NCBI GenBank assembly: GCA_963693365.1
Contig: CAVNZM010000003.1
Span: 13,548,914-13,612,913, forward strand
Source of the DNA: Amoebidium appalachense
Taxonomy: Eukaryota > Protista > Ichthyosporea
Direction: 5' to 3'
Length of the DNA stretch: 64,000 nt
Below, one piece after another: positions 51,931 to 64,000 of this stretch. The position numbers were made by a program, and so were the translations under genes. The notes beneath the pieces are model-generated. The model saw nothing but the letters and a program-made list of their open reading frames with translations, made no database searches and was not told where the DNA came from. Numbering within the stretch: position 1 is the stretch's first letter; every line of letters begins with the position of its first letter.

Positions 51931-53091
51931 ATGCCGCCGAAAAAGCGCCAGGCCTCAGCCGCCGCCCCTGCCGCGGCACCTAAGCGCCTGACCCGCAGCG
52001 ACCTCCGCCACAGGCTGACCAACGCTCCCGCGGGCACTGACGCGCCTCCAGCGGTCCATACCACCACGGACCCTCCGGCTACTCTCCCCTCTACTCCTGA
52101 AGTCCCTCCTCAGGCCCCACCGTCCCCGCCGATGACTTCTCAAGACGCCGTCCTTGCCGCCCTCACCGCCATCAGCACCCAGATGGCTGGCGTCCTGGCC
52201 GCTCTCACCAACCGCGACCCTCCCGCGCCCCCCGCCGCGCCCTCCGCACCCGGGGAGATTTCCTTGGGGCTGCATCTCGGCCCTGACCTGGATCTACCTG
52301 CCCTGCCCGTGCCCCCCATTACAGGTGAGAACACTGGCGACATTCAGCCGGGCACACTCCCGCTTCCCCCCGCGGATGTGCTGGCAGATTTGCGCGCCAA
52401 TCGTTTCGTCGACCTGTATAAGTTCACCCCCGCCGCCCTCCTGGCCCCATCCAAGAAAGGTCAGCATCTGCGCATGGCCGACGACGGCAGCATCGAGACT
52501 TTTCGCCAAGACAAACCTGTTCCCCTGCGTTCACTCGTCATTTGGATCCAAGCTTGGACCCATTACATGGCCGCCAAGCACCACCTCGGCCTCCCCACGG
52601 ACAAAGAAGTACTTTGGACTCAGCACATCACTCGCCTCAGCACCCGATACCCGTGGGCCCAGATCCACAACTATGACGTATACGCCCGAACCGTTGCCCA
52701 CCAGCAGGGTCGGGCTCCGATCGAGTGTCCCAACCTGCTCGCCCAACTCCACCAGGATCTCCTCCTGCCACCCACTCTGCTCATACCGGACGCATGTCAG
52801 CGCTGCGGCTTCCCCGACCACCCCAGCGCGGCCTGCCCCATGTACCCCAAGCCCGGCTGTGGTCTTGATGGTTTCGAGCCGCCCCACAAGCCCGGCGGGG
52901 GACAAACCCCCAACCGACCCGGCCCGCAACCCGGCCCGGCACCACCGACCCGACCCGTGGATCTACCCGCGACACACTGCAGGAATTTCCACAACGGTCG
53001 GTCCTGCGCTAAGCAGCCCTGCCCCTTCTCCCACGTGTGCCCGCTCTGCTCTGGCACACACCCCCGCAAAGACTGTAAGCACAATGCCTAG
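51931..53091 (+). CDS. Ngaro gag-like ORF1 of copy 5, intact 386 aa
   Basis: Open frame with both zinc motifs. Confidence 0.9.
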   Translation: MPPKKRQASAAAPAAAPKRLTRSDLRHRLTNAPAGTDAPPAVHTTTDPPATLPSTPEVPPQAPPSPPMTSQDAVLAALTAISTQMAGVLAALTNRDPPAPPAAPSAPGEISLGLHLGPDLDLPALPVPPITGENTGDIQPGTLPLPPADVLADLRANRFVDLYKFTPAALLAPSKKGQHLRMADDGSIETFRQDKPVPLRSLVIWIQAWTHYMAAKHHLGLPTDKEVLWTQHITRLSTRYPWAQIHNYDVYARTVAHQQGRAPIECPNLLAQLHQDLLLPPTLLIPDACQRCGFPDHPSAACPMYPKPGCGLDGFEPPHKPGGGQTPNRPGPQPGPAPPTRPVDLPATHCRNFHNGRSCAKQPCPFSHVCPLCSGTHPRKDCKHNA

Positions 53092-53481
53092 TCTACGCGC
53101 ACACCCACACCCACAGATAGAACATAGGGGCTAGGAGCTAGGTTACACGGGTCCAAGGACACGGAGCTCGGGAAAAACGGGGCACTAGGGCTGAGTAACA
53201 ATTTTCGCAGGCCAACTACGGCGCCCGCGCGCGCCAAGAATAAATGTCCCTACACAAAGACGTTATTCTGGCCACTGCACATAATTTTACTCCCCCCCCC
53301 CCATCCCACGAGCCTCCCCCCCTTACACTCACCTAGCACTCCCTCCCCCCCCCCCTTCTTCTAACTCTGTGTACGCCCACACCCGCGCGTGCTCGGGCAT
53401 CCCCTGCACAGGGCCCCGCTGCCCTCCCTGCAAACCCTCCCTCGGGCCCAGCTGCCCTACTCTAAACCCACCGGGGCCCTG

Positions 53482-53518
<37 letters not shown>

Positions 53519-53752
53519 ATGCCGGGATCTCCCCGAGGGTGCCCCACCCTTGCTAACCACCCCTTCCCCCGAGGCTCAGCCCCCGGAGGCCCGCCCGCTG
53601 CCCCAACACCACGTTGACACCTCCCGCCTCCGGGAGCTGCTGGCCCCCCTACCCAGCCCAATCATTCGCCGCGCAGCTCCTCCGTAACCAACTTCCCCGG
53701 ACCCGACGACTCCGACCTTACCTATCTCCCCTTCCGGAGCAACGCTGGCCGA

Positions 53753-54785
53753 TTGGCCCCCCACTTTGCTCCGGCCGAGCTGCTTCGTGCCACCACTACC
53801 CTGCAGGAATGCCAGGCCCTGAGTCTCAACCTCGACGCTCGGGCCTTTTACTCCCGGGTGCAAAAAAGTATTCATCGATTTTTGTGTGGCATCTCGGCTG
53901 CAATCCTCCGCCGGGTCCTCCCTCCCGGCCTCCCCCCACACCGTGCAGCTTTTTCTCGCCTGGTGTGCCCAACGAGGGGTACAGGCCTCTTCCTTGGCCG
54001 GCTACAATTCGGCCATCACCAGACTCCACCTCGACATGGGCCTCCCTGCTCCCTACCCCCACGACAAGTCTCTGGCCTGGTTCCTCCGAGGGGTGGGCAG
54101 ATGGCAGCTTTCTCTCAACATCCGACCCCGATCATCCACCAGGGAGCCCCTCCTGCCCTCCCACCTCAGCATACTCCATGACCAGTGCCCCAACAAGGCC
54201 TCCTCGGCCAATCTCCGGCTATGGACGGCCCTCATCGTCGGTTTCTGTGGTCTCCTCCGTTCGGGGGAATTTACCTCCAAAACCCTGACTTCCTTTGACC
54301 CGTCCCGTCACGTTAAACGGAAGGATGTGACCTTCAGCTACACCCCCACCGGTACTTTGTCCCATGCCACCCTCCACCTGCCAACCTCCAAGACGGATGT
54401 ACAGGCCCGAGGTGTCAACGTCACTCTAGCTGCCCTGCCCCTCACCCACTTCTCCCCAGCCCATCTCCTCCGGCAATTCCTGGATACAACGTCCGGTAAA
54501 CCCGACGACCCCCTGTTCAGTCTCGGTGGCATTCCCTACACCAAGGGTGCTTTCTCTGCCGACTTCCGTGCCCTCCTCTCCCGGGCAGGCCTCTCACCCT
54601 CCCGGTTTGCCGGCCACAGCCTCCGCATAGGGGGGGCCACAGCACTGGCTGAGGCCGGGGTCGACGACTCCCGGATCAAACAACTCGGCAGGTGGTCCTC
54701 CGACTGTTTCCTGATTTATACCCGCCTTCGTCCGGCCTCCATTGCTGCCACTACCACACGTGTATTCGCCTCTATTCTTAAGTGA
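53753..54785 (+). CDS. Tyrosine recombinase of copy 5 (one A-run frameshift near 53865)
   Basis: All catalytic motifs lie in 53886-54785. Confidence 0.87.
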
Positions 54786-57028
54786 AACCTTTGGAGCAAG
54801 CATACTGCTCTCGTGCCGTGGTTTACAACCATTGCAGGTTCACTTTCGTCCAAGGGAATGTCCCCCTAGAGGCAACACACGTCCCGGAGTAGTTTTCATA
54901 GAGGTTTTATTTGTGGAAATTATTGACATAAATATTTTTCTGGGTAAACACGTAGGATGGGTGTCCGATATCAACAGACTTCGTTTCATGTTTTAGCAGT
55001 TCGCGTTCGGCTGCCCGCATACGGGCACCTATTAGCCGATCAAAACATCAGATTCCACAGATCACTAGACCGAGTTTGATTGGCTCAGGATCAGATTTCA
55101 CATAACACTAGATCGATTTTGATTGGCTCAGATCGGTAGCCTTAGGTATATAAGCACGACAGTTTTTAGCAGATCAGCAAGCAACAAACACATCTTCTGT
55201 GTTTAGCACCTACAGCTTTACAGCTATATTTTTCTTTTTCACCCACCCACCTACACCCTACACTCAACCCCCATTGATCCCCACATACGTGCTGTTTTTT
55301 CACGGGGCGAAGACTTCCCCCGTTTTTTGGGCACAAGGACCTCACGGATCAATAAATTGATGACTGGGGGCTTGCCGTGGTTTACAACCATTGCAGGTTC
55401 ACTTTCGTCCAAGGGAATGTCCCCCTAGAGGCAACACACGTCCCGGAGTAGTTTTCATAGATGGTGTCTCCTCCTCGTATGTGTAATATGTGTGGGGGGC
55501 GGTTTACTCGCGGCTGCATATCTATCAATAAATGCAACCTGTTAGCTAACGTATTAGAACCGGAGGTTATTGGCGGTTTTATTCTCTTTTCTTCCTCTCT
55601 TCCTCAATATATCCGTTTTAAGATGACTATCCTAGATCACCTTATTAATGCTGAACAGTATGCAGTGATATTGTGATCCGGTGCCTTAACTTTCTTTCGG
55701 AGCCACCGATGCTAGCCTCTGCTTACCCATAATATGTAGTAGGGGTGTCATATACTACGATGGCGCTCATTGTTGCCTAGCATGTACATATGTCACTGGC
55801 TGCATTTGATTGGCTGCGCTAGAAAACGCAGTAGGCCGTCGAATGTGGCTGGGCCTCCGGCAGTGTCCACGCAATAAAAAGTGTGTAAACCCCAATAAAC
55901 ATCACGATGTAAATGGGGCTTCCGGGACCTGGCGTCCGGAGTCTTTCCCTTGTCCAAAACATAGTTCTTGTCAACGAAAGCTGTGACCATCCGTCCCCCA
56001 TCCGACTTTCATCCGTGTTCATATTCCCATCACATTTCGATGTCGCATGGTAGCAGAAAAGGAAGGTCTCCCTCGGGGGGTAACCAGGTAAACACGCTTC
56101 CACACGCGCGCTTTGCTAGCATGCTACATCAGCAATCTTGTTGGGGCATCCAAAACCTGTCGTAAACTACCCGTCGACATCGGAAACCCCTCAACACCTC
56201 CAAAACTAACCCCAAATACATATCATTGCTCCCCGACGTCCAATGGATGTGTCGTAATATGCTCGATCCGATACCCGATGCACCAATGGATGTACATAGA
56301 ACCCCGCGAGTGCATATCCAATGGATGTGCAATGTAGCCATCTAACCGACGTGCAATGGACGTGCAATAGATCCAACATACGACGTCCAGTCGGTGGGTA
56401 TATGACGGCGGCCAGGGGGCATTCAGACAGTCGTAACACCGTCTACGGGAGGATCAGAACGCCACCCTGTGGACGATCTTATGCATGTCTATGGTTTGAT
56501 GTAAAGCCATATAACGGAGCACTGTAAACGCATCGAATGTATGGTATTAATACCCTCTTGATCAAATACGTATGACTATCACATGTATGTCTATCGTTTG
56601 TTGTAAAGCAATGCAATGGAGCACTGCAAAACCATCCAGTTGATTATAAAAATAGATCGAAATCCAATCGTTCAGACGCCCTTTCCGACATCCGAAACAC
56701 AACCAGTGGATATACCATGGGTGGGTTTGTGCTAATCCATGACCTATCATAAGATGTGATTTGCATCCTACTACAGATTACATTACGATGTTGTAAACAG
56801 ATGCATAGCCTGACATTACGACATATAATGTAGGGGGTTTACGCTGTTTACTCGAGGCAAAGAGAACCAGTCTCAGGTAGGGGGGGGGGGGGTTTGCTCG
56901 GAATATCCCCTCAGCGGTATATCATGATCACGTACATAGATGTCGGGTGGTGACTATATATCAGGGTTTACTTTCTCTACGAGACACCATAAAGACTACA
57001 AGGAGAAATCAATTAGTTGGGGTTCCCC

Positions 57029-57075
<47 letters not shown>

Positions 57076-57107
57076 GGGCTCCCCTCGGGACACTCGGTAT
57101 CAGCTGG

Positions 57108-57170
<63 letters not shown>

Positions 57171-57174
57171 TGCG

Positions 57175-60100
57175 CTATAATTTTGTAGTGATGTGTTTCT
57201 CAAGCCAATCAATACATCTAATAAACAGGTCGTAGTTACGCGTGTTTAGTATAAAATCAAGGATGTTGTAATTTACAGGTAGGCTATCTTTCTGGGTGTC
57301 TGTTGTGAATGTGACGTGTGTGTGTTGCGGTATTATGTGGTCTATCAAACTACATTTGGCGATACATGACCGGTTAAACTGGTGTGTGTGTGTGTTGTTT
57401 GGGCATGCAAATGATGCCACCTTATACTTATTAGATCTCCACTGTATAGCACGTGTACAGTAGAAACGTGGTAATTGATCAATAATACCATCAGCTAGAG
57501 AAAGACCAGTTCTACAGGAAGGTAATATGTATTTAGGTGTTATACACTTGCGAGTGCCATATTTGGCAATATGGTTGAGGCGGTCAGTATATATAAAACG
57601 AGACATAAGGCTTAGTTTTTCAAGGTGTATGCTTTCATCGGGTCTAGTGTCGTGTGGTATCTTTTTCCATTTGTTATATTGCGTGATTATCTTGTGATTG
57701 TGTACATGTTTAATAAGTAAGTGGCAGTCCAAAGTGACACACACACTATTGCGGGGTTTATTTGTATTTGTGCCCAGGGGAGAAGGGGGAGAGAGAGGGG
57801 AGGAAAGAGGGGAGAGGTGAGGGAGGGGACAGGTCGGATAGAGAAGAGAGGGTGGGAGGGCAAATACTTCTTTAAGCGGCTTATGTGCTTATTGAATTTC
57901 AGCGCGAGATAGGATACTCTAGCAGCTATTGGGACCAGACCATATATCGAGAGCGTTACAGGCCCAGGTTTACAACAGTTGTTAGATAGAAAGGAGGCAA
58001 CTTCTGCTTCAAGGAAATTTGCCAAGGGTTTAAGCGCTCTAGTTCTCTCTTTCTTGATCCAAGCGGCGAGAAGGGGTAAACCATATTCACATGCCGGGAA
58101 GACAAAAGTGCGAATAAATGTAAGTCTAATAGAAGGATGGAGGGGTGTGTCTTTAAAAATATTAGCCGAGAAGAAAGCTAACCGCTTACGAGCCAACTCT
58201 ACCCTCTTTTCGACCATATGGGGAAACATAACACCAACAGAATCAACCGGAACACCAAGATATTTGTATTCTGGAACTATAGGTACAGGTTTAGATGATA
58301 ATGTAAATGTGTGTAAATTGTTAGCTATATCAGGTACAAGAACACCACATTTGTCTATGTTAAGGATCATAAGGTTTGCCTTGCACCACTCTGACACTAC
58401 ATCGAACAATCTTTGCAGGCGTCTAGGGGTACGGGCAAGGAGGGACAGATCATCAGCATAGAGAAGTGCAGGCGGAAAGTTATTAATAGGGTCATCGTTT
58501 TCGGCGTAAATCTTGACAGCCAAATCATCTATAAATAGGTTAAACAAAAAGGGGCTAAGCAATGAACCCTGCAAGAGACCTCTAGTACGAGCAAAACCAT
58601 ATGAAAGATGCCCATTAACCACAGCTCTACCATAGGTTTGAGACAAGAGTGCTTCTAACAGAACACCAATGCAGTGTGGTACACCCCGTGCAGCAAGCTT
58701 TTCCCATAGGAGACCAGGGGAGACAGAATCGTAAGCAGTTTTCCAATCAATAAAGCCAACATATTGTGCACCAACTTGCATAGAATCGTGCAGTGCCATT
58801 ATTTGAACATAACATGAATTGTTTTTACGAAAAGCGGATTGGCATGGGTGTATGTGAAGAATAGATTGAAACCTAGGGTGATGTGCAAATAACCTAAGTA
58901 AGCAAGCTTCAAAGAATCTACGAACAACCTGGGTTAGTGTAATGGGGCGAAAGGATGATATGGGGCCCTCAGAGTCCTTCTTAACTATGGGGATCACTAA
59001 GGTATCTAACCAAGATGACGGGACATGTCCACATTTAACACACCAAGAAAAGAGAGAGCTTAACATGATAGTAAGATCAGGTTTAATAGCACGATCACTT
59101 TCCTTTTGTGGGTAGGGGGGAACAAGGATTTTAAGAAACCCAGCAGGGAGTCCATCAGGTCCACAAGACTTACTAGAGCTATAACTAGATATCACAGACC
59201 ATATGGCATCGGGACTGAAAAAGGGGAGGATCGATTCTATGGGGATAGATGGGTCTACAGGCCACACAATAGGTTTCTGAGCGGGGGTCCTATCTTTAAA
59301 CAGTTCCGAGAAATACTTATCAGAGTCTATGAGGGGGTCTCCAGTGGTATCACCAATAATACGAGCAGGGGGGCCAAATCGATTCATACTAGCAAGCCGG
59401 CGCAAGCTTTCCTCTTGAGACAGGGGTTCACCTAGTCTAGCGGGAGTGGTGTTTGGTAACAAGAGAGCATCGGGATATTCCTTCCTACCACCGCCAGCAT
59501 AATCACCGAGATCTATCAAACCATCAACAATAAAGTTAGTGCATGTATCTAGTACGAGATGTGAATCTGGCCTGGCTTGTGCAGATTCTAATAGGCGCAT
59601 ATATATAGGGTGTTTCGTAGCATAGCATACACATACATCAACTCTACCCCACTGTGACTTAAGCTGGGATAGACGGAGGCGAAAGGTGGGAGGGGGAGGG
59701 GGGAGCAGATCAAGGGAGATCTTAGGTAGGAAAAGGATAGGAGAGTGGTCAGATGACCTAGAGAGGTTAGGAGGGAGAGAGAGTTTTGACATGGTTGATG
59801 GCCAAAAGGCCACTCCCCAGTCGGTGTTGTGGGCATGGGATATTTGAGGGAACCGCAAAGTGTGACTTTGGACATACCTTGCTAAAGGGATAGCACGCTC
59901 CGGGGGCTTAGATGGGTACCCGACACTCACTTGCAGTGTGTCTGTGTGGTGGAGTCGCGTGTTAAAATCACCTAAAATAACAGTGGACATTGGTAACTGT
60001 GACAACTCGTGAGTCAATTCGACAACCGACATAGATGGTGGGTAATATACAAAAGTAAAAACATTAGAAAGAAACTCTATAGAAACCGAGAATTCCGTTT

Positions 60101-60371
60101 TTGCTACCGGTTTGCACTTCACTCTCACGTGTGGTGCGGCAAGTACAATAATGCCTCGGTTTTTCGCGTAACCGGGGTGTGTGGATGTGTCGACCAATGT
60201 AGAGTTGAATTTGTGGTGGTTTTTAAACTGTGTTTCGCAAATCACTGTAAACGTGTGGTTGTTTGTCTGTTGTTGTATGTAGCTGATTTTATCGTCGAGT
60301 GTCCCGGGGGGGAGGCCCTTTTGGGGGCCCAGTGTCCGAGCATTCCAGAAGAAGAAGGATAAATTAGGCAT
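57175..60371 (-). CDS. LINE ORF2: AP endonuclease, RT and Cys-rich C-terminus (frameshift near 57740)
   Basis: WNARTL, ICET, YYPP, GDFN, SDH; GPDG, FRPITL, DWKTAYDSV, QGSLLSPFLFN, YADD, YKYLG; CPNN..FNRSCIAKC in 57175-57744. Confidence 0.92.
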
Positions 60372-61548
60372 CGGTTTGGTCCGACACCTGTGGGGTTGGT
60401 TCCCACTTGTCGCTTACGGGGTCGTATGCACGACCTTCCGCCAGCGCGAACAGTTCGCAGAAGAGCTCGATTTCCATCTCGCATCGGCGTTTGCGCTCGA
60501 GCAGTTTCTCACCAGAAAACATTGGTTCCTTCGTGTCCGTGTCTATCACGCTCGTAGCATCGTTTTCCAACTTTGCGAGGAACTCTTTTGCCTTGCTGAT
60601 GCGTACACGACAACGTGTGGCGCACGCATTCTTAGCAGACACTTTACGTTCTTTGTCTGCTTTCTGAATGTTTTCCGGCGCGCATGGGTCGTAGCTTGGG
60701 AGGTGGGTGAAGAAGCTTCCACACCCCTTTGTCGCGTCACGGATGAACGCACGGTTATAGTCGCCCCGTACTGCTACTTCCAGCACATCGTATCCAATGA
60801 AGGACAGACAAAGGATGCGAGAGCACCGGAAGCCGAGAGCCTTGAAGATGGACCACATGGCCCTGTGTGGGCGTCTGCCGTGCTTGACTTTGAAATACAC
60901 CCTCTCGTATTTGGGTGGGATGTTGATGTTACCGTTTGCTTGGGTGTTCCCCTTAGCCGGCGGTTTGGGAGGGGAGTTGCGGCGGTACTCGTTGCCTGCA
61001 AGAATGCTGGCATATGTTTCCTTGGCAATTTGGCGGAGCTCGGGTGTTTTACGAGAGTTCGCATATTCTAGGAACTCTGCCGGGAGCTGTGCTTCCGGTC
61101 CTGTGTTGTTTTGTGTTGGGGTGGAAATGTCTCCGTCGCGAGATGTTTGCTCATGAGTTTTGGGGTTTTGCGATCCACTAATGTTTAGCTGGGCTGTGAG
61201 TGAATCAATGGTGAGCTTGAGTTGGGTATTTTCTGTTTGGAGTTTTTCTATCATGTTCTTGAGTGGTAACAGCTCATTTAGCTGTTTCTTAACGAGGGCA
61301 AGTTCTGCCAGTACTGTATCAACCGAAAGTTTCGGCATGGTTGTTATTGTGTTTCTACGGAGTGGTGTGGTGTTATTCTGAATGGGTAGTGTATTGTAAA
61401 TAGGTGTTGCGCTTAGTCTAAGGCGATGTTTTTCTGGTTGTGCATCTGTGGTAGGTGTATCTGCTGGACGTTTTAATGGTCGCACATGTGTGATGGGTGT
61501 AGATGGAACTTTGAAAGAGGTTCTGAAACGATTATAGGCATGTGCCAT
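60364..61548 (-). CDS. LINE ORF1 (coiled coil and putative RNA-binding domain)
   Basis: 394-aa ORF directly upstream of ORF2 with an 8-bp overlap; heptad region LAELALVKKQLNELL..IEKLQTENTQLK. Confidence 0.82.
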   Translation of the reverse strand: MAHAYNRFRTSFKVPSTPITHVRPLKRPADTPTTDAQPEKHRLRLSATPIYNTLPIQNNTTPLRRNTITTMPKLSVDTVLAELALVKKQLNELLPLKNMIEKLQTENTQLKLTIDSLTAQLNISGSQNPKTHEQTSRDGDISTPTQNNTGPEAQLPAEFLEYANSRKTPELRQIAKETYASILAGNEYRRNSPPKPPAKGNTQANGNINIPPKYERVYFKVKHGRRPHRAMWSIFKALGFRCSRILCLSFIGYDVLEVAVRGDYNRAFIRDATKGCGSFFTHLPSYDPCAPENIQKADKERKVSAKNACATRCRVRISKAKEFLAKLENDATSVIDTDTKEPMFSGEKLLERKRRCEMEIELFCELFALAEGRAYDPVSDKWEPTPQVSDQTDA

Positions 61549-61921
61549 GACATGGATGGGGGTGTTCCCCGGCCCTTAGGGCCACGGATGGCCTGGTTTA
61601 GGGGTGGATGCACGAAGGATACTATTTCCATGCCACCATCACATTCAGATGGCCGCAATGAGCCCCGCAATGCCCCGTGTATAATGTAGATGACACATAT
61701 TAATACATTTGACGTCGTAACGTACACTTGCATATGTTGTAAGGGTGTGCTATGCACATGCACAATGTGCTTTTTGGTGCGTCATAAACCCATCCTTACA
61801 TGCATAATGGCATGTTCTATGTATGATAATGATATCATACATCATACTCATAAAATCACTGTAAGGACACATACAATATGACATCAGACGGTAAGAAGAG
61901 CACATAAAGATGTTTCTTTGC

Positions 61922-62110
61922 GTCTCGCTCCACAGGAACAGAGACGGATACCATATGTACTTTTTTGTCTCGCTCCACTGGAGCAGAGACCACGCCTGAC
62001 AGTTTGTTTTTTCTCACAACTTGTTACAAATTTTTAAGTCTCGTTCCACAGGAGCGAGACTGCAATACAACAAATTTCTAAGTCTCGACTCCGGAGTCTG
62101 CTCCAGACTG
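61922..62110. repeat. Four spaced imperfect hairpins GTCTCGCTCC-N3-GGAGC(A/G)AGAC
   Basis: Copies at ~61922, 61967, 62038 and 62082 with unrelated spacers; the fourth is more diverged. Confidence 0.7.
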
Positions 62111-62188
62111 CACTAGACACCAAAACATATCAAAAAAAGAAAAAAAAAAGAGGGTGGTGGTGGTGATGGTGTTGGTGGTGGTGGTGGT

Positions 62189-62220
<32 letters not shown>

Positions 62221-62633
62221 CTTCTATCATCCCACTAGTCCTCATCCTCATCATCATCCTCCCCACCCTCATCTCCTTCCTCCCCCCAGCCGGGAGGGGG
62301 GGGGGGGGGGGAAGGAGTATAAAAGAGCAGCAACGAACATAAACAAAACTCAAAACAAGCAAACTATTATGCGGGTTTCTAAGAAGCTCCCAACATCACT
62401 AAACTAAACATATGCTAATCCCTTGACAGAAGAGTAACAAGAGGTGTGTGTATGTGTATGAGGCCCAAAAAAAAAAAAGGACGCCCAACATGACAATATA
62501 GGGGGGCACTATTACACCAAACCATACCATACCAAATGCCGGCAGAGTAATACAGTGTTATCACAAAACACATTACCAACTCCATAATATACATAACAAC
62601 AACATAATACACATAACAAACACACTCACATAC

Positions 62634-62800
62634 CTTTCGGAGTGGATGACCCTGTAATAGGTCATCCTCAGGGGGTTGCTGAGGTCCGCATCGTCCGTGC
62701 CCTTCTTCTTGGGGCGGGACTTTTTGTTGTCGCCCTTGGGGGTGGTCTCCTCCACCTCCTCCGCCTCGCTTCCACTGGGCTCCTACTGGCTCCCCGAACT
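62634..62800 (-). other. Possible isolated coding exon of an unidentified gene
   Basis: GC-rich frame EEVEETTPKGDNKKSRPKKKGTDDADLSNPLRMTYYRVIHSER ending at the donor AAG|GTATGT; no family recognised. Confidence 0.35.
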
Positions 62801-63235
62801 GGGGGGGGGGGGGGGTGTTATTTTGTGTGGGTTTAACGGAGAAGCAGAGTGCACAGATGGGTGTTATGTTATACACAACACTGAGACACACGGGAGAAAC
62901 ACAACCGGAGAGGTGGAACGATTTCTGGGGCCATAGGAAATGATTCGACTGCTTGATCTTTATTTCAAGATGAAGTCCTTTTTATACTTAGGAATGTGAA
63001 ATCGATAATAAATGCTAAGCCAATAAAAAGAACGAAAACTACTTTATCCAATCAGAGATACGAAAACTATGAGGGTAAAGTAAATCGATAGAAATGCCTG
63101 TCGACATAAAGAAGATAAAACGCAATCCTCTAATGAAAGAAACTTCTAATAAAAACACGGAAACATTTAACAAAATGAAACCACTTATGTAACTATTAGT
63201 TCACAGTATACATTTATACATGTTCTTAACATAAC

Positions 63236-64000
63236 GGTTTTATTTGTGGAAATTATTGACATAAATATTTTTCTGGGTAAACACGTAGGATGGGTGTCCG
63301 ATATCAACAGGCTTCGTTTCATGTTTTAGCAGTTCGCGTTCGGCTGCCCGCATACGGGCACCTATTAGCCGATCAAAACATCAGATTCCACAGATCACTA
63401 GACCGAGTTTGATTGGCTCAGGATAAGATTTCACATAACACTAGATCGGTTTTGATTGGCTCAGTTCGGTAGCCTTAGGTATATAAGCACGACAGTTTTT
63501 AGCAGATCAGCAAGCAACAACACATCTTCTGTGTTTAGCACCTACAGCTTTACAGCTATATTTTCTTTTTCACTCTCCCTATCTTTCCGTACGCCGGTCA
63601 GCATGCCGCCAAAAAAGCGCCAGGCCTCAGCCACCGCCCCTGCCGCGGCACCCAAGCGGCTGACCCGCAGCGACCTCCGCCACAGGCTGACCAACGCTCC
63701 CGCGGACACTGACGCGCCTCCAGCGGCCCATACCACCACGGACCCGGACCCGCCGGCTAGTCTCCCCTCCCCTCCTGAAGTCCCCCCTCAGGCCCCGCCG
63801 TCCCCGCAGATGACTTCTCAAGACGCCGTCCTTGCCGCCCTCACCGCCATCAGCACCCAGATGGCTGGCGTCCTGGCTGCTCTCACCAACCGCGACCCTC
63901 CCGCGCCCCCCGCCGCGCCCTCCGCACCCGGGGAGGTTTCCCCGGGGCTGCATCTCGGCCCTGACCTAGACCTACCTGCCCTGCCCGCGCCCCCCATCAC
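63236..64000 (+). mobile_element. Ngaro copy 6, 5' end (A1 and gag start at 63603); runs off the window
   Basis: GGTTTTATTTGTGG terminus, A repeat and MPPKKRQ gag. Confidence 0.93.

Larger units (their letters stand above)
51564..55461 (+). mobile_element. Ngaro copy 5, RT/RNase H-deleted non-autonomous type
   Basis: A1 51564-~51900, gag, the same deletion junction as copy 2 near 53682, YR, B1 54814-54902, A2 54903-~55241, B2 55373-55461. Confidence 0.94.
57030..61563 (-). mobile_element. Non-LTR retrotransposon (LINE, APE-RT type)
   Basis: ORF1 and ORF2; poly(A) tail seen as the T run 57030-57071; candidate TSD GTTCCCCG at 57022-57029 and 61564-61571. Confidence 0.9.

Noticed and set aside
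56160-56830. CAATGGA(T/C)GT repeated motifs as a defined transposon
   Set aside because: No matching termini or TSD could be identified.
61922-62110. CRISPR interpretation of the spaced hairpins
   Set aside because: Repeats are divergent, spacer lengths irregular, and there are no cas genes.

Overview
Eukaryotic DNA made almost entirely of nested transposons, with many (CA)n tracts and long G/C homopolymers. No confident host gene, RNA gene or CRISPR array was found. Contents: (1) six copies of one Ngaro-type tyrosine-recombinase (YR) retrotransposon family with split direct repeats A1-gag-RT/RH-YR-B1-A2-B2; two copies share an identical in-frame deletion of RT/RNase H. (2) A chromodomain-bearing Gypsy element with no recognisable gag, inserted in one Ngaro and itself interrupted by another. 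(3) A near-complete Copia, a Copia 3' remnant and a miniature Copia-type TRIM. (4) An APE-RT LINE and several MITEs. (5) The most unusual item: a 19.4-kb TIR DNA transposon (5244-24652, 4-bp TSD) with a decayed Sola-like transposase on one strand and, divergently, an intron-split gene resembling prokaryotic beta-class N4C/N6A DNA methyltransferases. All assignments come from reading motifs by eye; no searches were run. Many frameshifts fall in homopolymers and may be sequencing errors.
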